Assembly: GCF_006345805.1 (NCBI RefSeq)
Contig: NC_043018.1
Location: forward strand, 13,578,001-13,642,000
Origin: Octopus sinensis
Taxonomy: Eukaryota
DNA: 64,000 nucleotides
Reading direction: 5' to 3'
A model generated the notes under the pieces. That model saw nothing but the letters and a program-made list of their open reading frames with translations, was not told where the DNA came from and searched no databases. Made by a program: the position numbers and the translations under genes. Below are positions 12,462 to 24,575 of the stretch, in pieces (positions within the stretch are counted from its first letter, which is position 1; each line of letters starts with the position of its first letter).

Positions 12462-13277
12462 CTAAAGAAAAATATTTACTTTAGTTTTTTCACAAACAAT
12501 AAAAGTAGACAAGCACATGGAGTTGAAAAAGGCTGCAGAACATGTAGCAGAACATGTAGCAGCCAGTAAATTAATCTTAATACATTTAATACTCAGAAGG
12601 CTGCAAATCTAACTAAAAATTAGGTGGCTGGAAAAATTTCCATATTAACCAATGGCTATTACTATATTCGGAGGTGCAATGGCCCAGTGGTTAGGGTAGT
12701 AGACTCACGGTCGGAGAATCGTGGTTTCGATTCCCAGACCGGGTGTTTTTTTATTACTATATTCACTTTTCAAGTAAGTACAGAAGAACCTCAGACATAT
12801 TTTGGTCTTATTCTGGCAGTATTAACAAAAAATGACCTTTCCTTATGACTGGAGTGATGAAAGAATCACTAGGTACATGTTGGCACATGCACAGTGACCA
12901 ATGCATTCAAGATGTGCATTTGTGTTAGCGAAGAGAATGTGATGAGTGTTTGGTTGCAGCAAAGTCAGTCTATCAACGAATACAGATATTTCCAAAAAAA
13001 TTCACGATACTTTGTTGTTATCAAAGTACATCGTCCGTTCACACCTGATATCCATATCAAAATAATCATCTATCATACATACAATAAAGTGTGACATGAG
13101 GGAACTTTGACTGTAATTTCTAGCAACTTAAACAACTACATATGCAGTCGCTTGCTTATATTATTGTTGTTGCTTAATTTCTCCCTCCCTTCACAGCAGA
13201 CACACCTATGAATAGAAGCACTATAGACACGACTAATTAAATGAAAGGGCTTCATTTAATTTAGTGAAGTTGTTTAA

Positions 13278-13496
13278 CCCTTTAGTGTTCAGATTATTCA
13301 ATCAAACATAATGCCTATTAATTCCCATTGATTTGAATTAATCATGCATTATCTCATATCTTCAAGATCTTGATGGTGTAATTACTTAATGTAGAATAAC
13401 ATTGTAGGGTAGGTGTGAGAGCCTGGATCTGGCCAGTTTGAACATAAAATGGATTAGCTACTTTGGCCGGATATGGCCGGTTTAAATACTAAAGGG
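13278..13496. mobile_element. piggyBac-type MITE, second family
   Basis: TTAA|CCCTTTAGT ... ACTAAAGGG|TTAA. Confidence 0.8.
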
Positions 13497-13542
13497 TTAA
13501 AGTACACGTCATGACAAGCAGAATAATATCCCGGATCCTTAC

Positions 13543-13584
13543 CTTGACCACGTTACTCTTGTGTTTTTCTAAGACTTGAAAAAC
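13543..13584 (-). CDS. WDR11: WDR11 exon 3 (VFQVLEKHKSNVVK), 42 bp
   Basis: Poly-T acceptor ttttcag|, donor |GTAAGG; matches QVLEKHKADVVK of WDR11. Confidence 0.93.
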
Positions 13585-13847
13585 CTGAAAACAAGAAAAA
13601 AAAAAAAAAATTAATTGAATCAATTAAAACAAAGGTTTAACATTTCCCACAACTTGTAAGAGTTTGCTGAGGAGAGACGAATGGCAGAAAGGATTGAGGG
13701 GAAGAAAAAATGGGGAGAGAAGAAAATGTGGAGGGATTAACAGTTCAACATGAAAGGGTCAGAAGAAAGAGGCTGGGTGAAAGGGGGTCCTTTTTTTTAA
13801 ATATATATATATATAGAGGAAGAGTTTATGAAAATATATATATATAT

Positions 13848-14068
13848 TTCTTTACTGCCCACAAGGGGCTAAACATAGAGGGGACAAACAAGGACAGACG
13901 AAGGGATTGAGTCGATTAAATCGCCCCCAGTGCGAAACTGGTACTTTATTTATCGACCCCGAAAGGATGAAAGGCAAAGTTGATCTCGGCGGAATTTGAA
14001 CTCAGAACGTAACGACAGACGAAATACGGCTACGCATTTCACCCGGCGCGCTAACGTATCTGCCAGCT
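13848..14068 (-). mobile_element. tRNA-derived SINE family B (Deu/Nin-domain-like core). Other copies at about 8033-8240(+), 10370-10830, 15870-16031(-), 16240-16420(-), 29128-29358(+), 30945-31178(+) and 46592-46806(+)
   Basis: GAGCTGGCAGAAACGTTAGC head, GAGTTCAAATTCC B box and GCCTTTCATCCTTTCGGGGTCGATAAA..AAGTACC core resembling the Deu/Nin SINE domain. Confidence 0.8.
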
Positions 14069-14087
14069 AAAGAATTAAATCACTTAC

Positions 14088-14157
14088 TTGCACAGTGCGG
14101 GGATCAATAATGGTTATAAAACTGTGGCAGGCATGTGCCAAGAAACCTTGCCAACCC
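14088..14157 (-). CDS. WDR11: WDR11 exon 2 (GWQGFLAHACHSFITIIDPRTVQ)
   Basis: tttcag| acceptor, |GTAAGT donor; GWQG motif; phases 2/0. Confidence 0.95.
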
Positions 14158-14699
14158 CTGAAAGCAAAACAAAGATTAAATTTACTTACAGAAACACTGC
14201 AGAAAACAAAATTACAATTATATAAATGTGAGTGTGAATGTGTATAAGTGTGAATGTATTTGCGTATAAATGTAGGGTAGATACTAATTAAATTCATATT
14301 ATAAAGTTGACATTAAGTACCCAAACAGATACCTTCAAGGTCTACACTGTCCAGTCACAGTTACATAAGGAGAACCTCTACATATATACTCGGCTTACTA
14401 GAAATAATAGTGACATCACCCTCACATCATGCCCTGCTGTCTTAAAACAGAAGAGACCTCCAAAAACATATTGCTAAATAAAATGGAATGGCCATGGTTG
14501 GCTAGCCAGAGGAGGAGGCTGGTATCAGTAAGTTTTGCAGGCCCATCAGATTGGTGGAATATATGTGGCTGATGCTCAAATTAAATATTTGCAGATTTAT
14601 AAATGTCTGCAGTAAAGATATGTGAGGATAGAGAAATGAAAACTTGGTCTAGATGTCTGCAGCATTGTGGATCCAACTAAAAACATTGAAATAGATGTG

Positions 14700-15032
14700 A
14701 AGGTGCATGGCTTGGTGGTTAGAGTGTTGAGATCACAATCGTGAGGTAGTGAGTTTGATTCCTGGACCAGGGTGTGTGTTGTGTTCTTGAGCAAGACACT
14801 TTATTTCATGCTGCTCCAGTTCACTCAGCTGTAGAAATTAGTTGTGACATCACTGGTGCCAAGCTGTATCGGCCCCTTTGCCTTTCCCTTGGATAACACT
14901 GGTGGCATGGAGAGGGGAGGTCGGTATGCATGGGCGACGGCTAGTTTTCCACAAACAACACTGCCAAGACCTGTGCCTCGGAGGGTAACTTTCTAGGTGC
15001 AATCCCAAGGTCATTCATGACTAAAGAGGGGG
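14700..15032 (+). mobile_element. tRNA-derived SINE family C (Meta-like GTTGTGTTCTTGAGCAAGACAC core); 3' fragment at 11850-11945(-)
   Basis: tRNA-like A/B boxes, core and a tail shared with the 11.9-kb fragment. Confidence 0.7.
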
Positions 15033-15435
15033 TGTGTCTTTTTTTTAAATATATATATATATATAAATGGTGGTGCCCCAGCATGGCCACAGCTCGTGAG
15101 CTGAAACTAGATAAAAATAAAATATATATATATATATATCAAAATAAGCAACAAGGATATCCAGAGGGTAACCAAAGGCTACCTCTGAATATCCTTGTTG
15201 CTTATTTTGATTTCAATCACCTTACTTTGAAATTGTATGGATAATACCGTACTAAATTCTGGTGCCTCAACTTGAGTACCATATTCATCTGAATCTAAAT
15301 TTTTGCTGAATTCATCTACCACACCCAATGTATATATATATATATATATATGTCGGTCCCGGGTTGAGTCGGGGTTAACCACAGTAAATAAGGTACTCAA
15401 TACATAGCAGAGTAAATTAATTTATTTTATAGATG

Positions 15436-15488
15436 GAGCTTCTACAGGACTAGAACTGTTTCATTCAAATGAAATCTTCAGGAAGCTC
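15436..15488 (-). ncRNA. Type I hammerhead ribozyme fold (Penelope-type) in WDR11 intron 1
   Basis: GAGCUUC-CUGAAGA-U(UUCA UU UGAA)U-GAAA-CAG(UUCUAGUC)CUG-UA-GAAGCUC: 7-bp stem I, intact core, GUA cleavage triplet. Position 10.1-11.1 is U-U instead of G-C. Confidence 0.75.
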
Positions 15489-15496
15489 AATATATA

Positions 15497-15538
<42 letters not shown>

Positions 15539-16031
15539 TTTTATAATTACGAATATAATTATAATTAGGGTTCAGCAAATATTTGCTTTACCACATATCG
15601 AACTTTAGAAATAGCAGCCAAAGAACCTTAGCTAGTTCTTCTGCTATAACAAGAGACTCCCGGACAAAAACAAAATACTCTTGGACAGGATTTGAAAACA
15701 GATTGTAAAGAAGCGGAACAAATATAGCAAAGCATTTTCCCAACTCTCTAATTCCGCCAATCCTACAAGAGTGACAGACGAAGGGATCATTGTAGGGACA
15801 AATTACAGAAAAAGAAAAAAAAGGAGGGGTGCACAGAATAACAACAACAACAAAAATAATAATCCTTTCTACTCTAGGCACAAGGGAACATTGTGTTCCA
15901 CTGGTACTTAATTCATCGACCCCGAAAGGATGAAAGGCAAAATCAACCTTGGCGGAATTTGAACTCAGACTGTAGCGACGTGTTAAGCATTTCGTCCTGC
16001 ACGCTAACGATTCTGCCAGCTCGCCGCCTTC

Positions 16032-16032
<1 letters not shown>

Positions 16033-16074
<42 letters not shown>

Positions 16075-16118
16075 TAATAATAACAATATAATAATAATAA
16101 TAATATAATAATAATAAC

Positions 16119-16149
<31 letters not shown>

Positions 16150-16210
16150 TAATAATAATAATAATAACAATAATAATAATAACAATAATAATAATAATAA
16201 TAATAATAAC

Positions 16211-16242
<32 letters not shown>
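16033..16242. repeat. (AAT)n/(AAC) microsatellite; similar tract at 63878-64000
   Basis: Direct reading. Confidence 0.95.
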
Positions 16243-16244
<2 letters not shown>

Positions 16245-16425
16245 CCACAAGGGCAGCAATTTTGGAGGAGGGGATAAATCGATTAAAATCGATTCCAATG
16301 TTCAAATGGTACTTATTTTATCGACCCCCGATTGGATGAAAGGCAAAGTCGACTTCGGCGGAATTTGAACTCAGAACATAACGACGGACGACATAACACC
16401 AAGCATTTCGTCCAGTATGCATAAT

Positions 16426-16467
<42 letters not shown>

Positions 16468-17142
16468 TAAGACGATCATTTCTAAAACTAGCACAAGGCC
16501 ATACATTTAAAATGGACACATCTCGATTGAATATGTTGCAATACGTTACAAAACAGTTAGAAATAGCAGTTAAATCTCACTCAAATAACACCATATTATT
16601 TTCAAAGGACAGAGGGTCGATAAAGTAAAGTATGAGTCAAGCACCAGAGTCGATTCCTTTAATGCATCCAAGACATGAACAGAAAGAAGTCGAGAACACG
16701 TAATATGTTGTCCCAAAATACCCCAAAATTTGGAGGTTTTTGATAAAAGGGTTGCAGGATCAGGATTGACCTGGGGCTAAACAACAACAGGGATCTTATT
16801 TTGGCAATTCCAGAAGGACATAATTACGTCTCTTAATGCGTTTGGTTGCTTGACCTGTTAGAAATAGCAACCAAATTACACACTCTTGTAAAAGGAAGAA
16901 CATGTTGAAATGATATAACCTGGGATGTATTTGTTGTTTGGAAACAAGACGAGGTGGTCACAGCTGGAACGATTTTCACTACAGACCTGATCGATCGGAA
17001 CGAAACAACAAGTGGAACAAGACACAAATTGGTTTTGTGAATTCTCAAACAAATGCTTTTTGAGTAGAGAATAGGAGTAGAAAGAGAAAAAGCTTATTTT
17101 TTGGGGGGTTTGAAAGAAGAATAGCAGACGAGCAACACCCAC

Positions 17143-17276
17143 CAGTCGGAAGCATTTCGGTTCTGGGAATGCAAGACTCCAGTCAAGACTTTCGGGGACA
17201 CCAAAAGCTTCCAGAGGTTCTTGTAGATGTTGTTCTCTTTAAATCCGCTCATGCTATTATTGTCTTGCTGATCCAT
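17143..17276 (-). CDS. WDR11: WDR11 coding exon 1 (MDQQ...LLVSPKVLTGVLHSQNRNASDW)
   Basis: Translation resembles the vertebrate WDR11 N-terminus (KVSARTLTGALNAHNKAAVDW). Donor TG|GTGGGT, phase 2, matches the next exon. Confidence 0.9.
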
Positions 17277-17829
17277 AATCCGTGTTCACTCTTAAGCCAA
17301 GTCGACTGCTACATGTAGGAGGAATGTCGTCGACGCGGCGGCCACCACCATCTCACAACAGAAACCAATTCCTGTTCCACACCAAACACCTAACAACAAT
17401 TACACTGACATCTTCCACAGAGACCAGTCCAAAGCATTAAAATAGTCCTCAAAGGCAGTGGAACATTACTTGTATGCAGTCCTGGGTTGTTGAAATGAAT
17501 TGATGGGCGAATCAGATGAAAATGACGATCTTTTTTCAGAGTCGACTTCGACGAAGAAAATTTGGGAAATGAGGAAAAAAGACAACAAAATTCAGTATGA
17601 CTGATTATTCACAGCCGTTATTTTCGTATAAATAATAATAATGAACCGACAAAGTCCCATTATTTAAAGCTGGAATATACATACATACATACATATACAC
17701 ACACATATATATATATTAATATTTTTTATATTTTATATTTTATATTTTTTTAATTAATTTTTTTTTCTATGTATTGGCTTATGATTTTCACTGTTTGATT
17801 TGCCTAATAGTGGTTTTATCTCTAATTTA

Positions 17830-17870
<41 letters not shown>

Positions 17871-17895
17871 AGGTATGTATATATGTATATATATA

Positions 17896-17938
<43 letters not shown>

Positions 17939-17949
17939 TTCGACCTAAT

Positions 17950-18080
17950 ATTTAAAATAATACATGTTTACTACGGACTTCCGGTAACGCATGTGCAATG
18001 ACCTCGTACACGCTTTGTCCTGTCCGGAGGGAAGTCTCCATAACCGGAGTACAATTTGTGTACATGCGCAAAAGCAACGT
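17950..18080 (-). promoter_or_regulatory. Probable WDR11 housekeeping promoter
   Basis: ETS/GABP core ACTTCCGGT (17977-17985) and NRF1-like GCATGTGCA / CATGCGCA upstream of a CpG-containing 5' region (17280-17630). Confidence 0.5.
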
Positions 18081-18438
18081 TTTTTTTCCTTTAATTTTTA
18101 CCTGTCAAACCTTATTATTTTTTTTGGTGGGGATCTTTTCGTTTTGAACGGCACTTTGTAACATAATTTCTAGGTAACTAAAAAATGTTAACTTCGTATA
18201 CTGGTAGAATGTGTTTATAAAACATCATTTTCTCTTGGCTTTATTGAGAAAATTCTATAGTTTGTAAGATATTTCGTCTGAAATTTGGAGCATTTCGGCA
18301 GTTTTAACCAATCGATTACCTCCATTTAGGTAAATAACATTCTGTGCATAATGAATATGTCCCTCCTTTAAGAAACAGATTGTGTTTATTTACATTTGTG
18401 AAGAAAAAAGATACCCTTCCCCAACCCCTAACCCTAAA

Positions 18439-18608
18439 TCTAAAATAGATTGAAATGCAATTGATCTATACTAGGGCCATAATTATGGGTGACATTTTCA
18501 TTTGACACCGCTAGAAAAAAATCACATTTTCCGTAGCGGTGTCGTATGAAATTGTCACCCATAATTATAACCCTAGTATCGATCTATTGCATTTCAATCT
18601 ATTTTAGA
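18439..18608. repeat. 170-bp inverted repeat (75-bp arms, 7 mismatches, 20-nt spacer)
   Basis: TCTAAAATAGATTGAAATGCAAT...GACACCGCTA / TAGCGGTGTC...ATTGCATTTCAATCTATTTTAGA. Confidence 0.9.
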
Positions 18609-18863
18609 TAAGGCTTGTGTCCTGCATATGCAGCCCTACAGATTTGGAAGGACACATACAACACTTCATCCTCCACATGCAATTCTCTGGCTACAACCAG
18701 AGGATTAGAATGTACAAATGGGGCCATGGCTAAGTACAAGGCCATCATAGAGGGTGATAGAAATGGGATCTGCTTGCTATACAGGGGTAAATCCTGGAAC
18801 AGTAAAGAAAGGACCAGGAAAAAGATCGATGAAGCCAACTCATGGAATGACAAAAACAATTTA

Positions 18864-19388
18864 GGTGCAGGAGTGGCTGTGTGGTAAGTAGCTTGCTTTA
18901 CGAACCACATGGTTCCGGGTTCAGTCCCACTGCATGGCACCTTGGGCAAGTGTCTTCTACTAATAGCCTTGGGCCGACCAAACCCATGTGAGTGGATTTG
19001 GTAGATGGAAACTGAAAGAAGCCTGTCATATATATGTATATATATATGTGTGTATGTCTGTGTTTGTCCCCCCCCCCAACATCACTTGACAACCGATGCT
19101 GGTATGTTTACATCCCCGTAACTTAGCGGTTCGGCAAAAAGAGACCGATAGAATATAGTACTAGGCTTGCAAAGAATAAGTCCTGGGGTCGATTTGCTCA
19201 ACTAAAGGCGGTGCTCCAGTATGGCTGCATTCTTTCAGTTTCCGTCTACCAAATCCACTCACAAGGCATTGGTCGGCCCGGGGCTTTAGCAGAAGACACT
19301 TGCCCAAGATGCCACGCAGTGGGACTGAACCCAGAACCATGTGGTTGGTTAGCAAGCTACTTACCACACAGCCACTCCTGCGCCTATG
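18864..19388. mobile_element. tRNA-derived SINE family A: + copy followed by an inverted 5' head
   Basis: A box TGGCTGTGTGG, B box GGTTCAGTCCC, ACCTTGGGCAAG core and internal (TA)n(TG)n. Confidence 0.85.
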
Positions 19389-19709
19389 GCGAACATTGGT
19401 GGAAGCTGAGAGGAGAAAAGCTTGTCAGTGCTCTACCAACATGCTCAAGTACAACATAGAGGTTAAGGTGTATTATCGATGCATAGAACTGACATGACAC
19501 TTAGACAGATTACAGAGGCCAACACACAGCAATAGACAGACTGAGCCTCAACAAAGAACAGGAATGGAACAATAACCACACCACACGATGACTAAAGACA
19601 GAAAGGAAAAAGAAAAATAGTCACAGCACAAAAAGTGTAATACACACACAAGACAAACATGCACATAATTATGATGAATATAAGAAATAGAGAAAGTAAA
19701 AATAAAACT

Positions 19710-20090
19710 AGGAGTGGCTGTGTGGTAAGTAGCTTGCTTATGAACCACATGGTTCCAGGTTCAGTCCCATTGCGTGCACCTTGGGCAAGTGTCTTCTACT
19801 ATAGCCTTGGGCCTACCAAAGCCCTGTGAGTGGATTTGGTTGACAGAAATTGAAAGAAGCCTGTCGTATATATATATATATATGTGTGTGTGTCTGTGTT
19901 TGTGCCCCCAACATCGCTTGACAACCGGTGCTGGTGTGTTTACATCCCTGTAACTTAGCGATTCGGCAAAAGAGACACATAGAATAAGTGCCAGGCTTAC
20001 AAAGAATAAGTCCTGGGGTCGATTTGCTCGACTAAAGGCGGTGCTCCAGCATGGCCACAGTCAGATGACTGAAACAAGTAAAAGAGTATA
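19710..20090 (+). mobile_element. SINE family A
   Basis: Full head through the GACTGAAACAAGTAAAAGA tail. Confidence 0.85.
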
Positions 20091-20479
20091 TATAAAGGGC
20101 ACAGATACAACATAATAAGCAAAACCCTATACACACAAACGACTGCAACAATAACAACCACAACAATATGAACAAACACAAAAAGATACAGTATCAAAAG
20201 TACGGGCCAAGAACGGCAACAACAGAAAACATAGGTGGGGAGGGGTCAAAGTACCACTGAGAATGACAATGATAACAGTAACAACAACATAAAGGACATG
20301 GATAGAAAGTGCAGTGGGCAAGCCCATATAAGCACATATAAGCACACATGCGAAACACATAGACATGCATACACACAGAGGCACACATGCAAGAGCATGT
20401 GCAGATAAGGATGCACATCATAGAAGGACTGAATAGACTTTCAGTAGAAATGTGATGCAAGGAATGTATTGCAGAGGCA

Positions 20480-21000
20480 GAGAGCTTTCCAAAAATTGTT
20501 GTTTTAGCACCCAAAAATATTGATATTGATCTCATTAATGAGGAAACCCTAAAACTTTTCAGGGATCGAAAGATTCTCTTTAGTCATGATCAATGTTCTC
20601 ATCAAGATGACCCTTCAGAATCGACAAAGAGATTACTTAAATATGCTAAATACTTCAGGCTTACTATTACACATATTAAAGACTAATTCAGTAATCATTC
20701 TCTTACATACAATTGACCAAGCTAATGGCATGTGTAATGGTACATGTTTAGTTATTCCAGACCTTCAAGAAAAAGTCATGAAGGCCAAAATAACTGAAGG
20801 TTCACATCACAGAAAAACAAGTTCTACTAGGAGTTACCCTTTCTTCAATGCCATTTACAGGAGTTCAACAACAGATGAATCAACAATGACGAAGACGATT
20901 AATAGATAACAAGAGCAAACATTTGAAAAAAGCCTATATTTACATATGAACAAAGATATGCTGCTTTCTCTAGAGTGTTCATAGGGTTCCCAGGATTGAA
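20480..21000 (+). mobile_element. Helitron PIF1-helicase fossil
   Basis: VLAPKNIDID; LN.SGL..H.LK....IILL..IDQANGMCNGT.L; TIN..Q.QTFEK; YAAFSRV. Confidence 0.8.
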
Positions 21001-21137
21001 CACATTTACCAAACGGCAAACACTCCTCAGAGATAATTTTCTGAAATTGTGTTCTGGATATGTTATATAGTATCTTTAAAGCATTTAGAGAAGGTCATTT
21101 GCATGGCTGATATAGTTTTTGTAATATAGAGGACCTC

Positions 21138-21518
21138 TTACTCTTTTACTCTTTTACTTGTTTCAGTCATTTGACTGCGGCCATGCTGGAGCACCGCCTT
21201 TAATCGAGCAACTCGACCCTGAGACTTATTCTTTTGTAAGCCCAGTACTTATTCTATCGGTCTCTTTTGCCGAACCGCTAAGTAACGGGGACATAAACAC
21301 ACCAGCATCGGTTGTCAAGCAATGCTAGGGGGACAAACACACACATGCATATATATATACATACATATATACGACGGGCTTCTTTCAGTTTCTGTCTACC
21401 AAATCCACTCACAAGGCTTTGGTTGGCCCAAGGCTATAGTATAAGACACTTGCCCAAGGTGCCACGCAGTGGGACTGAACCCAGAACCATGTGGTTGGTA
21501 AACAAGCTACTTACCACA
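21138..21518 (-). mobile_element. SINE family A
   Basis: Reverse complement of the family consensus. Confidence 0.85.
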
Positions 21519-22199
21519 TTTGTAAAAAAAAATATATTTTCACTCAGAGTCAAAAATGCAGTAGAAAATCCTCCTTGTGCCCACCACCGACTATTGTTTA
21601 AATGGACAGTTGTTGTTGTTGTTCTAGTAGCAGATTAAATAACAACATATGACAACCTTGTATTTATTTGAATTTGATTTAATGTTGTTGATTCTGTCCA
21701 GGTCAACCCGGGCCCAGCAGATTTACAATCAATGCTGTCCCAGCTGTTACTATTATCGTTATTTTCATTGTCGTTGTTTCCATGCTGGCTTTTTCCATGG
21801 GTTTACATCTGATGACACTGTCATGTCTGGCTGTGTATCCTCTTTTTCTTTTTTTTTTTAAGCCATAGTCTATCTAGGAGTGCATTACTGAATGTATACA
21901 ACAGCAGGAGTTTAAGACAGATTGTCTTTGGGGACACCCCCAAATGGTGTTGACCTTATTCATCATCATCATCATCATCATCATCGTTTAACGTCCGCTC
22001 TCCATGCTAGCATGGGTTGGACGGTTCGACTGGGGATCTGGGAAGCCAGAAGGCTGCACCAGGCTCCGGTCTTATCTGGCAATATTTCTACAGCTGGATG
22101 CCCTTCCTAATGCCAACCACTCCGTGAGTGTAGTGGGTGCTTTTTACGTGCCACCTGCACAGGTGCCAGGCGAGGCTGGCAACGGCCACGGTCGGATTG

Positions 22200-22760
22200 A
22201 AGAATAAATTTCAGGCATTGAAACAAAACCTGAAATTGAATGGCCTTAAGGTAAACTTAGCCAAGACTGAAGTTGTGCTAAATAAGAAACAAATACATGA
22301 CCACCACTGTCTGGGAAATAATCATGTTCCAAATACAAAAAAGATATGAACAGGAACCCATTAAAGTGTACGCTGAAGACAGGAGGAATATTGGGACCCC
22401 GGGAAGACGAACAAATGCCGGTGGCCTTCATATAAAATTGATGCTGAGGAACATTTAGCAGAAAGAATATCCAGGAAATACGGAGCGGGGGGAGGGGTTT
22501 ACCCAAAAGTAACCTCAAATGTCCCCTGTTGTACTTCACGCTTCCATTGCTAGAAGCCACTTGATGTAACCCTCAGGCATCAGCCTGCCAACTGGCATTG
22601 TTGGGTACAGTTGTACTGGCGTAAGGGGGATCTTTGTTTTGCAGTACTTCTCCCCCTGTTTGTTGATTTTTGAAATGGCTGAAGTAAAGGAACAGTGTGC
22701 TTCCGTGAAATTCTATTTTCTGCCAGGGAAAATGGTGGCCAAAACAGTTGCCATTGTCTC
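22200..22760 (+). mobile_element. Degenerate RTE RT-thumb remnant
   Basis: KFQALKQNLKLNGLKVNLAKTEV resembles the RTE GL.VN..KTK motif. Confidence 0.5.
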
Positions 22761-24180
22761 AAACAGCTTACAGGGATGCTGCCATGAGCAAAACACAAGA
22801 AACTGTACAAGAACAGACATTTTCTCAGATAAACGTATGTACACACACACACACACACACACACAATGTAAAACTTATGATGTTGTGATTTGAGGGAATT
22901 TGGATGCTATTTCAAACAGATTGAAGAATTGCAAAGATGTTCTCGTTTACTTGTATTCATCAGAACGTTTCTATTTGTCTATTTTAACAACTGTACATTC
23001 TTGTAAGTAATTCCCTCAATAGACTTTGGTAAATGTGTTGAGTTCTGTTTTGCTGAGGAGGTTCGATTACACTGAAATATCCCCAGAGTTTTCTCCCCTA
23101 TTTTTCATACAATATAAGTGGCAATAAACCACTTTATCATGTTGCTACTGTATAAGTCTCTCCGAGAGATTTAGAAATGCAATATTTCTAAATTAAAATA
23201 TTTAGTTAATGGCAAATATTTTTTTTTTCTTTTTACCGCTCAATTTTCCCATTTTCTAATTTTTTTTTTTGCTAAGATCGCCGCTTTCTGTTACTAAAGG
23301 TAAAGCTTTAGTTTCCCAAGAAAAGTTCGTTCTCAATGGATATTATTAAAATAAATATCAGTATTGTGTAATGCTTGGTTTAAAAGTTTAAAGTGGTCGA
23401 CAGTAATTCCTTGTATAGCACGCATTATGTCATAGTTACATAGACATCGTTTCTTTTTAGAGACATTTCGTTAGCATAATCTTTCGGTCTGACTCCCTCT
23501 GTATTCTGTCAAATATACTCATACGATTTGTTTAGCGTAATATATGATGTATTCTAAAAAAAAAAAAAATAATAATTATGATTTTAGAGGAGCCGTTCAA
23601 TTTCTGGCTGACAATATTTAATAAAATTCGCTGCAAGAAAACAGACACCTAAGCCTGTCCTAACCCTTCATCCTTTGTGAATACAAGTTTCATAGGATAA
23701 TATATTATTAAAACGGTTTAAAACTGACTTTAATACATTCGTACGAACATTTACAAGGCTACAAACAATTACGTAGGCAATTGTGCGCTCAGAGAACCTG
23801 CAGACCAGATTATATAATGAAAATTCGTTGATTTGTATATAGGCCTGTGTGTGTATATAACATGAATATACACATAACACATACATACATCTCTGTGTGC
23901 ATGTATGTATGCATACACAGACACATACATGTATAGTCATACACTTTATAGCGAGAGCGAGCGAGCGAGAGAGAGAGAGAGGTTAATAAGTGCTCTATAT
24001 ATGTGTGTATAAAAAAAGCTGAAAAAATTTCCATTTGGAGAAAATTGAATTTTATACACAGAAATCTGTATAATTTTTTTTTTTTTTCAGTTTCATTAAA
24101 GAAAGTTATTTATAATATCTTTAATTTTCTATTAAAAAAATCATTACTGATATTGTTTCCTGTGTCAATATAGAGACAAC

Positions 24181-24297
24181 TGAAATAATGTATGAAGTTT
24201 ATTGAACGGAAAGAAGCGAAGCTGGCAGAGCAGCATCGGCGGAAGCCTGTTCGGGTCGAGTGCCACGGCGGCAACACTTCTTCGCCTCGTCTCCTTC
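24181..24297 (+). other. Probable non-coding first exon of the PLPP gene (5' end not defined)
   Basis: CpG-rich island in AT-rich DNA ending at a consensus donor C|GTAAGT. The first coding exon has an acceptor 12 nt before its ATG and so needs an upstream exon. Confidence 0.5.
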
Positions 24298-24532
24298 GTA
24301 AGTATTAAATTCACACATAAAAAGCATCACGATTGTATTTATCAACCAATTAACTGTTAATTTAAATTAATTAGATTCTTCCGCGGGAGTCAGTGCTTTA
24401 CTAATTTATAAATATAAAAGAAAAAAAACCCAAAAAACATCTCCGCCGTCGCTCGATGAAATCTCATTCAAATCCTAAATCCCAAAGGAAGATATACTAA
24501 TTAATTTAATTAATGTGGTCGTAACGAGAGAC

Positions 24533-24539
<7 letters not shown>

Positions 24540-24575
<36 letters not shown>

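Noticed and set aside
12671-12742. tRNA-like sequence as a real tRNA gene (and all SINE heads)
   Set aside because: A/B boxes are present but there is no acceptor-stem pairing; it matches the SINE family D head.
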